Below are positions 49,244 to 59,700 of a stretch of 64,000 nucleotides of DNA, in pieces. Below the pieces are notes generated by a model. That model was not told the DNA's origin. It made no database searches and worked only from the letters and a program-made list of their open reading frames with translations. This stretch comes from Marsupella aquatica (Eukaryota; Plantae; Marchantiophyta): NCBI GenBank assembly GCA_973895155.1, contig OZ316893.1, positions 7,774,963-7,838,962 of the forward strand, in the 5' to 3' direction. Position 1 is the first letter of the stretch. Each line of letters begins with the position of its first letter. A program made the translations under genes and the position numbers.

Positions 49244-52200
49244 TGCATGCGTGTTCTATCACAGCACATACGTGCGCTAGAGGTTGATCTTGCAGAAAAA
49301 TCGGACATGCTACAAGAAGCAGTGGAGGATCATAAAAAATTGGTCCTCGATTTGATGAAAGAAAACGACAGACAGAGAGTCCGCATATTAGAATTGGAAA
49401 GGCAGGTTGGGTTGCATTCAGAACAAGTTGGCAGTGAGACATCGAGTGGAGAAGGTGAGAGCAAAGGTGACGAGAGATGTTGTGAGGTTTTGGTAGGTCT
49501 TGGTGCCAGGGTACATGCAGGTTATGATGCAGAGGCATCACAGCGTAGCCCAATTTCAGAGTTACCGCCAATTTCTGGTGTTCCAACTATAGTAGAGGTA
49601 CCAGCAGCAGCACCAGCAGAAGCAGGTACTTTCCCAATTCATTATCCTACTTCAAAGATACAGCAAGAGGAGTCTATGTCGAGTGGAGGTGACTCACCAG
49701 TTTTGGTAGAGTTACAGGCAGCCGCACCACCAGTACTGGCAAAGGTACCGGCATCAGAAGAAGAGATGTCACTTTTAGAAGGAGAGGCACCAAATGCTGC
49801 ACCAACATCAAAAGTAGAGGTCTCAGCTACAGAGGAGGACAAATTGTCGGGTGCAATTGCATCAGAAGTACCAGGGTCACCTCCGATTTCTGTTCTATTT
49901 CATGTTCCAACTAAGAGTCCGGGATGGGAGGCTAGGACAAGTCACATTTCACGACAACCAAATTTGCCTCGTGCTTCAAAGAGAGGGCGAGAGGACTCTA
50001 TTCCGAGTGGCAGTCACTCACCAACGAAGAGGAGGGCTATCAAAGTGGAGGAAGAGGAAGAGGTAGAGGAAGAAGAAGAAGAAGATGACGAGCATTCAGA
50101 ACAAGACATTCACTGGGAAGAGTGTGCCATAGAGAGTGGAAAGGTTAGCGATTTTTTTTCCTTTGTTGTGTGATTACTGTTTTTTCAGAAACAATGTTCA
50201 AGCATATCTAACTTGGCTGTGAGCGGGATCCGCAGATTGATATCCAAGGGTCTCACTTGATAGAGGAGGCATGCCCTCCACTTGGTACAATGACTACAGC
50301 TCTATATCCACACCAACGGATTGGTCTTGCATGGATGTTGGAACGCGAATCCGGAAAAAGCTCTCCAATTGGTGGGATGTTGGCGGATGACCAGGTACAA
50401 AAGCCCCCAAATTAAGCCGAAGTTGCACTCATTGTTTTCATTCAGCGGGATACTTTGGGGGTATTTTTGGAGTATGTTAGGGGTACGCGCGCACCTTGTC
50501 TGCAAGTGAGTGGGTCCCTGACCGTTTTCTTGGCTTGGATTTTTTTAGGGAATGGGGAAAACCATGCATGTCATAGCGCTATTTCTTGCGAATCGCCCTC
50601 ATAAGTGTGGGCCAACTCTAGTTGTTTGTCCAGCCAGCGTGGTGATTCAATGGGGCCAAGAAATAGCTGCAAGGACCTCCAAGATAGCAAAAGTGAAGGT
50701 CCTCCTCTACCACAACAAGAGGAATAAAGACATCAACTTTATTTCAAGCCATGACGTGGTTGTCACTACGTACTCAATCATGACAGGGGAGTCTCCCATT
50801 GCTCCAAAGACGTCCAGTATGCCAAAAGGGAGTATGAAGAGACCTGTAAAAAAACCTAGACTTGCAGGTCCACTGTTTAAGATTAGTTGGCTTAGAGTAG
50901 TCTTGGATGAGTGTCATGTCATGAAAAATAAAACTAGTCAAAATTTCAAGGCCTCACGTTGTCTCAAGGCAGAGAGGAGGTGGTGCCTAAGCGGTACACC
51001 CATACAGAACGAGGCTTCTGATCTGTTTCCTTACTTCAGTTTTCTGAGGTATTATCCTCTAGGAGAGTGGAAGGAATTCTCGCAGTTAAAGAAGCTGCTG
51101 AAGACAAGGCCAAAGATAGCGAATGGCATCCTCTCGAAACACTTGGTTGCGATTGCGCTCAGGAGAGACAAAAGTAAGCGTGCATGCATATATCATGGTA
51201 GAGTTCACTTTGTTTAATCCCAAGCCTGGTTTCTTTATCAATTGTGCATTTACCCTGCCACTGTGCTTACATGCAGGCATACTCCCACTGCCCCCTAAGA
51301 CGATCGAGGTGCAAATTGTTGAATGGAGAACACAGCAAGAACGAAACGCTTATTTTGATCAGGAGGAAAAGAGTAAGGAGTTATACAAGGTACGTAAGGC
51401 TCTTAATAATCCCCAATGTTGAAGACGTATGAGAGTTCAATTTGATCCCTTGAAGGTGTCTGTTCGGTGGCAATTAATGTGCCTGTAATGTTGTAGGAAT
51501 TTCGTGATGCCAAAAGAGGTGCCTTATCGAATGTGTTGAGCGTTCTGCTCCGGTTGCGACAATTTGCAGTGCACCCAAAACTTCCTTCCTTATGTAAAAT
51601 TCACGAAGAGGAGATCGGGAACTGCAAAGAACGCCCCTTAGTGAGCCTCAACGAGCCCGACTTGTGTCAGAGTTTCAACAATTGAAGATTGGAAGTGCTT
51701 GCGTGGACTGCAAGGTGAGTACAGTCACTCTGTGTATGGGGTATGGTTGGGGTATTATTGGGGTATGATTGAGGTACTTCAGTTAATGTGCTTTGCCTAA
51801 CAATTTTTGCACGCACTCACTTTAACGGTTGGATTGTGCAGGGGGGCTTGATTGGAAGTCCATTTCAGATTTCTGGCTGTGGCCATGTATACTGTGGCAT
51901 TTGTGCAATAGACCGGGAAGCTGGAACCTGCAAATTGGCAAAATGTTCAAAATATGTGACAGCCCAGGTCCTATACAGGCCAGCTGATTAGAGGCTAGTG
52001 AATGGTGGTGCAGAGTCAAAAGGGAAGGCACGAAGAGAATATGATGTCCGACACCCACCTTCTCCAAAATTTGATGCAGTCTTGGAATACCTGAAGTCAA
52101 TTCCGCTGGACACTACAGGACAGGGCAGCAGCGAAAGCTTTGTGCCTAGGCAGAAGGCTCTTGTTTTCTCACAATGGACTTCGTGTCTCGACATGCTTGA

Positions 52201-53319
52201 GCCACACATTCTGAAGGCTGGTCTAAAGTTCACAAGGATTGATGGAGGAATGAATTCCAATGTTAGAGAACAAGCCTTGAATGATTTCAAGATGACCCCA
52301 GAGGTACAACCGTCATTATCCGTGCAGATCGGTGTCTGTATTTGTTCAAAGGGTAAACTCTTTATATTCTAATTAAACTGTTTCTACTCATTTCATGCAG
52401 ATCAGCATTATCCTCTTGTCCTTGATGGCAACGAACACAGGACTCAACATCACTGAGGCTACACATGTTCTTATGGTAGACGGGTGGTGGAATCCCACGG
52501 TAGAGGACCAGGCCGTCGATCGGTCACATCGTATAGGGCAAACAAGGCCGGTGAAAGTCGTCAGGTTTATCGCCGAAGATTCGATTGAGTTGAAGATTTT
52601 GGAGCTGCAGGTAAGATTAGAAGTGCTTGTGTGGACTGCAAGGTGAATAAAGTCACTCTGTGTATGGGGTATTATTGGGGTATTATTGGGGTATTTCAGT
52701 TCGCGTGCTTTGCCTAACAATTCCTGCACGCACTCACTAGTAATGATGAATTACGAATTCCATATATACAGTGGTCTCTAATTGTACGCATGTTGCATGT
52801 TTTGTGCAGAACAAAAAACGAGTGATGATCAGGGACATCATGTATGGCTGTGCAACCGGGAAAAAAGATAACATGGAACAAAATCTGGAGTTCATACTGG
52901 GAGAGAATCGGCAACAGAGGTTCAATGCATCAGAGTAGCTAGATGAGTTTTAGCTAAGGTTCTCTTCGGTGCTTGAGTCAGTTAGGCAGTGACACTCTTA
53001 CTGTTCGTTTACTTGTCAGTGCCACTCTCGTTTCCTCCCGTTGTGATTTTAGTGCAGCGGGACAACGATGAGACTAGGAGGACAGAGCCTGAGTGGGTCT
53101 TTCCTTGCCACATATGTACCTATTCGAGCCTCTTGCGGGAGCATTATGAATTGAACACTTCATCTTTGAATCATGTCCACTGTTTCTCATGTCCACTGTT
53201 TCTTTGGTATTCTTTCTTGTGTTCTTTTGTGTGTGTTTAGGGTTTAGGTTATGCACTTGCAAGACACACCAAATGATTACCCTAGGGACATAGGTAATTT
53301 ACAAGCATAGCAGCCCGTC

Positions 53320-53532
53320 CACTACAAGGAGATTTGGTTCCCTACTAAATATGGGACAAATACCTTACCCTGAATCGCTTTGATAAGAGGGGAATGAATT
53401 CCCAACTCATCTTCTGGAAATTACCCCCAATAGTAAGGGGGCGGGGAGCATGAGGTACGTTGGGGTTAATTTCCCTACTTACCCCTATATTCCCCTCTTT
53501 CAAACTCCTAACCTTGCAGATCTTCCTTGTGG
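53320..53532. mobile_element. Possible small or truncated CACTA end (CACTACAAGGAGAT...GATCTTCCTTGTGG)
   Basis: CACTACAAG start; partial inverted match at the point where the FCP1-like domain is cut; GGGGTA/TACCCC-like motifs inside; no TSD found. Confidence 0.4.
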
Positions 53533-55283
53533 AAACTCATGGAGCCCTGGCCTTTCTGTGTACATGCGACTAATTCCATTTTTTCTATCCCAATGCACTC
53601 CACTTGGGATCACAACATTTCTGGATTTGCCCTTGCTTTGGAATTCAACTGAATCCCAAAGTATTTTGTTAAGATCCAAAATCAGCAATTTGCGCTTGAT
53701 GGAACAAGGTCTTGGTTCTGCAAGTGCAACAAATACCAATCTTAGAGATAAAACCACATTTGAAGTTTGGATAGAGATCATCTCTGTCAATCCAACACAA
53801 GTGGCCAACCACAAAGAAAATATATCTGCATACTGATCAGATTCATTGAGAAACCGTAAAGAGGAGATGGATATTGATACTGATGCTCTAATTGTTAAAC
53901 TTGAAGTATAATTATACAGACTATATTATATCAAATTGATAAGGTCACATCGCTCAATCTAGACCTTGGCTAACAATGCGATCCATATTCATCAATCAAG
54001 ATATCATCACCGAGTTCTTGTTGGATCTCATAATTGACATCGGAGGTACTCTCCTCTACCCAATAAGGTGCAGACCAAACCGGAGTTATCAATCCCAATT
54101 CTCCACTTCTATAAGTTGGATCTTTCTTGTGCTTTTTGTACGAGTCATTGTTCAAAATTGATTGAGCAGCATCCAACGCAACTTCAGTTCCTACATCGGG
54201 TCCACTTTTCCACACGTAACATTGACAATCATATTCAAGTGACTTATATCCAGTTGATCCTACTCTCTTCCCTTTCTTTTTTGAGAGTGGAAGGATAACG
54301 GGACTTCTTGATTGTGATCGAACAAACACCAATTTGTCATCAGAAGCGGAAAAGAGTGTATTGGGACAAATTGAAGCACCTGCCTGGTTGTCAACAGTCA
54401 TGGATGCACTTGCTTCATTCACAGGAATGTCAGCTATTTGGATGGGCTGTGGTCTCAATCCCAATGTATCGAGTTCATTGGACTCACCATGCCTCTCCGC
54501 ACCTTGATTGAGAAGGTTGTTTGAAGAAAGTTTTTCAAAAGTATCAACTTCCATCTCTTGTCCAGGCACTTGTGGATGGAGACCATCTCTATCCAAGTTA
54601 TCATCATATTGGCCCTCGTTGGGGCCCATGGGGGCAGCATCTGTAATTGGTGAACTACAAGGTGCAGATCCAACAATCATATCGTCGTCCACAAGGTCAA
54701 TATTTTCACCCTCGCCAACTCGGTCATCCAAATTCTTCACGTATGCCTCTGATGGCCCATCGTCTTTGACTGATTGGTCAGCTCCATCTTCTTGATCACC
54801 ATCTGATTCATCCTCAATAGCAACAGCGGCAAAAGAGGGTTCCCAATGTCTAGAACTTCCACCGACATAGCGATCATAACGATCTTTGATGGTGGGAACC
54901 TTCTCACAAAGGAACGAAGCGTATGCTTCGGTGGAAAGCATGATTGAGGGGTACATAAAAGGATCTCCAAAGTCTCCACCAAAAGGAGTGAGTCCTCATG
55001 ATTTTTGCAATAAATTGGGGGTGTTACACTCAAGAGCCAAGATGTAGAAGGACCAAATCAAAGGCTGGATTTGAATATCAATCAAAAATGCATTAAGTAT
55101 TCATTTGGACCGGTTGAAGTACAGTCTAGATGCGTAATTCCTATCTTGGACTTTAGCAAGGACGCCGTATAAATGTTCTCCTTGGATCCCGTGACATTGA
55201 ATAGAGCAAGTTGCGGCTTGCAGTGTGTTTGAATACAAGGACTCATAGTCGATGCTTTTGACAACAAGGACTAAAGTGGGCAA
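53533..55283 (-). pseudogene. Gene with a long acidic/disordered region and a truncated FCP1/NIF-like HAD phosphatase domain
   Basis: ORFs 55283-55101 and 54956-53970 are in the same frame. Downstream exon KRKLLILDLNKILWDS...YTERPGLHEF matches the NIF start (KLLVLDLxxxL...RPxLxEFL) and then breaks off. Confidence 0.55.
54946..55100. mobile_element. Diverged copy of the GAGGGGTAC MITE
   Basis: GAGGGGTACATAAAAGGATCTCCA...TCTCCACCAAAAGGA and AAAGGxTxGATTTGAAT...ATGCATT match the reverse complement of 8759-8933; the right TIR is degenerate. Confidence 0.6.
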
Positions 55284-55390
55284 GGACTATGAGTGGGCAA
55301 GGACTCATAGTCGATTTTGTTCTAAGCACAAGTGGCTTGAATTGTCTTGGGACGGGCACGCATCAACAGCGAAGGGCTTAGGGGTTAGGG

Positions 55391-56704
55391 ATGGCTATGG
55401 TGGTCGATTACTCATCGAAGGAGCTTGCGCCATACACATGCAATGTGAGAGCTGAGTTGTTGGGGATGGGGCATAGTTGGATAGTTGAAGCTTTGGATCG
55501 GGAGTTGATGATTCATCGTGGAAGTTTGATTTACAGCAATGCATCTCGGAGATTGCCCATAGGAGGAGCACTGTGATTGAAGCGTTGGTGGACCTCGGGT
55601 GATTGTTGAGCTTTGCCATGGTGCTCGCAGGATCACATGGGTAGGCAAGTTTAGAAGTATTGGCCTAGTATCAGGTAGAATCTGAATGCTCAGATGCTCC
55701 GCATCCCGCTCAATACCTCCCAAGTTCTGTCTAGTACTTGATGCGGTGCTTGACATCGGATGGCCAGTCTTGCTGAAGTCCACGATGCCCTAGCAAGAGA
55801 GAGATCAGAAAGGTGAAACCTTAGCAGATGCAAGTCCTATTGTAATAGGCAGCAACGGATCACCGATGGACAATCGATTGCACATGGTGGTAATAGTAAC
55901 GATGTGGCTGGACAGGGTTTGTTGGAAGATGCGCGAAACAAATGCCAGCAAATGATTTCATCTACTGAGAATGAAGCGAGTAGAATTCGTGCGGAGGCTT
56001 CCCAAGAGGCTGCCGACATCATAGTGAATGCAAGTACACAAGCTACTAGCATCCTACAGTCTACACAATTACAATGTGACAAATTGACACAAAGAAGACA
56101 AACTCTTCGCAATCGCATAGGGCGTCAAGAAGCACGTCTTCGGTCCTTAGATGGGCAACTTCTCGGTGAGAGCATGCATGGCCAAACTTCAGAGCTACAG
56201 CGGGAGAGTTCAGCTTTGAGGCAAGCAAACTATCAATCCTCTGCTTCAACAGAAATTTAGAGCACAAGATGCTCAAAGGAAGCGAGCAGCATACTGGAAG
56301 AAAAAGGGTAATACACGCACAGAGGCTTGGCAATGTGGGTCTGCTGGTGATTTAGAAGACGAATTGAATTCCAATAGGAGAACATGAAGTGTTCAGTCTC
56401 AGGTGTTTGTGGCGGTGACATCCATCCTGAGTAGATTGGACAAATTTAATTTGTCTGCAAGGAAGCTATTTTTCACTAAGTTTATGCTCCATCCTTCCTT
56501 GAAGAAGTACCTCCCTGCAGTTTTTGGGACTCGTCGGAGAGATGTAGCGATACTTGCTGCAGTTGCTGACCTAAAGAATTGCTTGCAAAAAGTGAAGACT
56601 GCAAAGCGGAAAGACCATCTAGTTGCAAAGCAGATCTTGACAGTTGCATTGGCAGGCCAGGCCACAGTAGTGAATAGGTATCAGACTTCAGTGGCTGGGG
56701 CTTT
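55391..56704 (+). pseudogene. Second Sola2-like transposase gene, 5' part, truncated by a CACTA insertion
   Basis: RIGRQEARLRSLDGQL vs TIGRREARLQALNAQL, and ARKLFFTKFMLHPSL...KVKTAKRKDHL...RYQTS vs ARKLVMERFWLHSAL...IVKSARRKDHL...RYQTS at 7029-8327. Confidence 0.7.
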
Positions 56705-59700
56705 CACTAGTAGAAACTGGGGTAATTTAGACCATACCTTATAGGACTAAGCCCACTAAGTCCTTCTTCCATACTTTAAATGACTCGCATCCATTGCCAA
56801 GGTTTTGTTAAAGACTATAAAAGACTTTGAGTGTTTTCCGGTTTAGTTAAAGACTATGAAAAGTAACCTTGCTACTTTGTGAAGGGTGAACACTCTAGGA
56901 CATCATGGGTTTTGTTCTTGGAATCACTCTAAAGGTCCACACAAAGACTAGTATAATACAAAGTCTTACAAGGGTTCATGATAAGAGTATACTTAAGAAG
57001 GACCGGCGACATGCTACTTTTTGGCCTAAGTGCTTAAGGACATGCCTTGTATATATCACCAACCTTAACTAACATTGCACCGTAAATATCCATGTAACGG
57101 GTACTTTTCATAACTTAGGGTACAACTGTACTGGAGGGCTTAGGGTGGTTTCTAACCGGAACCGGAACTAATGCATCACTATAACCCTAGCTAGGTACAA
57201 CTCCCACACCATAATATATTCCGCATTGCCAACTAGTGTCATTTTAATAGGGTCATGGCCACTAATTGGCACAATGAACAATCTAGCCCGTGATTGATTT
57301 TAGTCTAAATGATGGTGCCTTTTGATCCAAGATTAATTCCACAAGGGGGGGGGGGAGGGTTAGGGTGGGGCACAACTAATTAAGTGGCCATGACTTTGTC
57401 ACCAAAGGATTTTATTTAAAGTTATCCTTAACCTGTGTTAGTTTTGTGTCTTTTGTTGCCTAACACTCTGGCGCGGACATACTTATTATGCTCAACGGGT
57501 CACCTCAACGGAAACGAGCTTACATGACTGCTTGCACTAAGTCTTGGGTTAGGGTGAGTGTGCTTTGGTCATCATAGCAAATTAGGAATATTGCATTTTA
57601 GGACTCGATTTAATGTTGGGCAACCTTAATCCTGATTATGGCACAATAGAATGCCACTATGTGCCGACCATGTATGTGCAAATATGACCATTCATTGCCT
57701 TCTTAGGGTAATTTGCCAGGCCATTTTTGCCTTGTTGGAGTCCACTAGTGTTTACAGAACATATGCTTCTGTGCTCAACGGCTCACCCCAACGGTTAGGG
57801 CTTTGTAAATTCCTTCCCCTAATTCTGTTTAAGGGTTTACGCTTAACTTTTGGGCCGGACTAAACTACATGGGCAAGGCGCGGGAGAATTCTTCGTGACT
57901 TAGTGGTCGAAACAAGGTGGTGGGGTCTTGGGTTGGGTGTTCGGGGTTTTGCCAAAGGGTTTTTCATTGACAATGAGCTTTCTCGATCAGTCCAAGCGTC
58001 ATGCTGCTCTAAGTGTATACACTCTTGCCATCCCGAGCACCTCACGCGAGCTGTGAGCAGTTGCATCCTCCTGTTGTAAGTGCATTGATCTGCCAAGCGT
58101 TCAAATGCAAAGCTGCTAGCGTCTACTCCCTGTGCCGGTTGAATGTGTAGCGCTGTCTTGTGACGATTGAAGATTTCCCCTTACCTTTTACCGCCATCGC
58201 TGAATGCAGGATCGACCCGAATATAGCACCTGTGCAGAGGCATTGGGTGAACATAGTGAATGCCGTTTGTGTCTTGTGCAAGGTTGTGGGCCTAACGTTC
58301 GTGAGTCGTGAGCTGCAGACTACATGCGACTCCAAAGGAGGCATTGGGGAGGACACGGTGAAGCAACAAGGAGCGGCGCGGGAGCTTAGAGTGGGCCAAT
58401 GCTAGCTGAATCCAATCCAGGAGATGTTGCGCTAAGGTGAGACTCTGAGTTTAGGGTTGCTTCAGTGTCCAAGTAGGTTTTCTCTTTGCGTCGGCAGCTA
58501 GAAGGTGAGCTCGGGGGCTTCACAAAGGGTTAGTGTTGCGGACTTTCCCTCCTGGACGTTGCGTGTCTTCATTTGCAACTTGTTTGTGGACCTGTGATCC
58601 TAAGACTGTCAAAATTGTTGTGGCTGCACCGACAACTTGACGACGCATTTTGTGGATGCACCGTTAGTAATCGCGACTACAGCTCTCCAATGATTGCACT
58701 TACCATTTTTGACCACCTTGCATGATGTCCATCCGTGGGCTGGACCCCAGGGAGTAGATTTTGGTACATTTCGGTAGATTTTGTCTATGCCCCCGGTCCT
58801 CATTTTGTGCAATGTCCGCCTGGCACTTGGTTCTTGATCCCTACATTGTCGTCTGCCGCTCGGCTGCTTGCGGAAGGGATCGAACAGATTGGAGGTCACT
58901 GTGGACTGACATTCAGGCCTAGGTCAAGCAAGGAGGTTAGAGTTGAAGTCGCCTATGCTTGGCCTTCTCTATTTTCTCTACTTGCCACTGCCTCTATTGT
59001 TGCTTACCATTTGCAGCTGGTGAAGCTGCATGTGGGTTGCATCTATTCTACGGGCGCGCTACGGGTGTTTTATGGATTGTGGACTTTATGTGGTGCGAGA
59101 ATCGATAACAACATGAACCGGACTTTTTTTACAGTCTTGGAATGTGCGTGAGCTGTGAAGGTTGCGCTTCAGAGCTGATATTCCTGTCGCCGCCTACTCC
59201 CATTGTTGTGTGTTCGTAACGTTGTGCATCGTAACGTTGGAACTCGGAGCTGAGCTGCGCACTGTCAACCATCAAGCGCTGTTGCGCGTTGTCAACCAAG
59301 AGGAGATACCGCATCCCACATTGAGTTGAACATTCAGCTAGGGACCTGAGCTGCGCACTTTCAACCATTGAGCAACGACCAAGCTTGGCAGCGCTCTGGG
59401 ATTTATCGGCCACATTGACAAAGCGGAAGACAGAGGTGAGTGTTCGTGCACCGTTAGAGTAACCGCGAGTACTCTATTACATGCCTTGTTGTTCTCTATT
59501 ACATGCCTTGTTCTCCCGTCCACTGTTTCCTGCGATTTTCTTTCTTCCAGAAGATAATGGTGATTTCTTCTTCAATCAAACAAAACCCCACCCAACCACC
59601 ACCCAAGAACGTGGGGTGTGCGCTACTTAATCCTCCTCAAACTGGCCCATTGTTCATTGAAACCCCATATATTACCCCCCGGCACCAAGGGACCAGTCCC

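Larger units (their letters stand above)
43519..52938 (+). pseudogene. Chimeric gene: transposon accessory domain + acidic repeats + coiled coil + SNF2-RING-helicase (CHR27/CHR28, Ris1/Rad5-like), interrupted by a solo LTR
   Basis: Exons ...44577/49249-50143, 50236-50394, 50549-51173, 51277-51389, 51497-51714, 51842-52303, 52401-52610 and 52810-52938. Motifs LYPHQRIGLAWM, GGMLADDQGMGKT, RVVLDECH, WCLSGTPIQN, LLRLRQ, RING CVDC..CGHVYCGIC, VFSQW and WWNPTVEDQAVDRSHRIGQ. Stops at 43837 and 51989; frameshifts at about 44045 and 51630. Confidence 0.9.
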
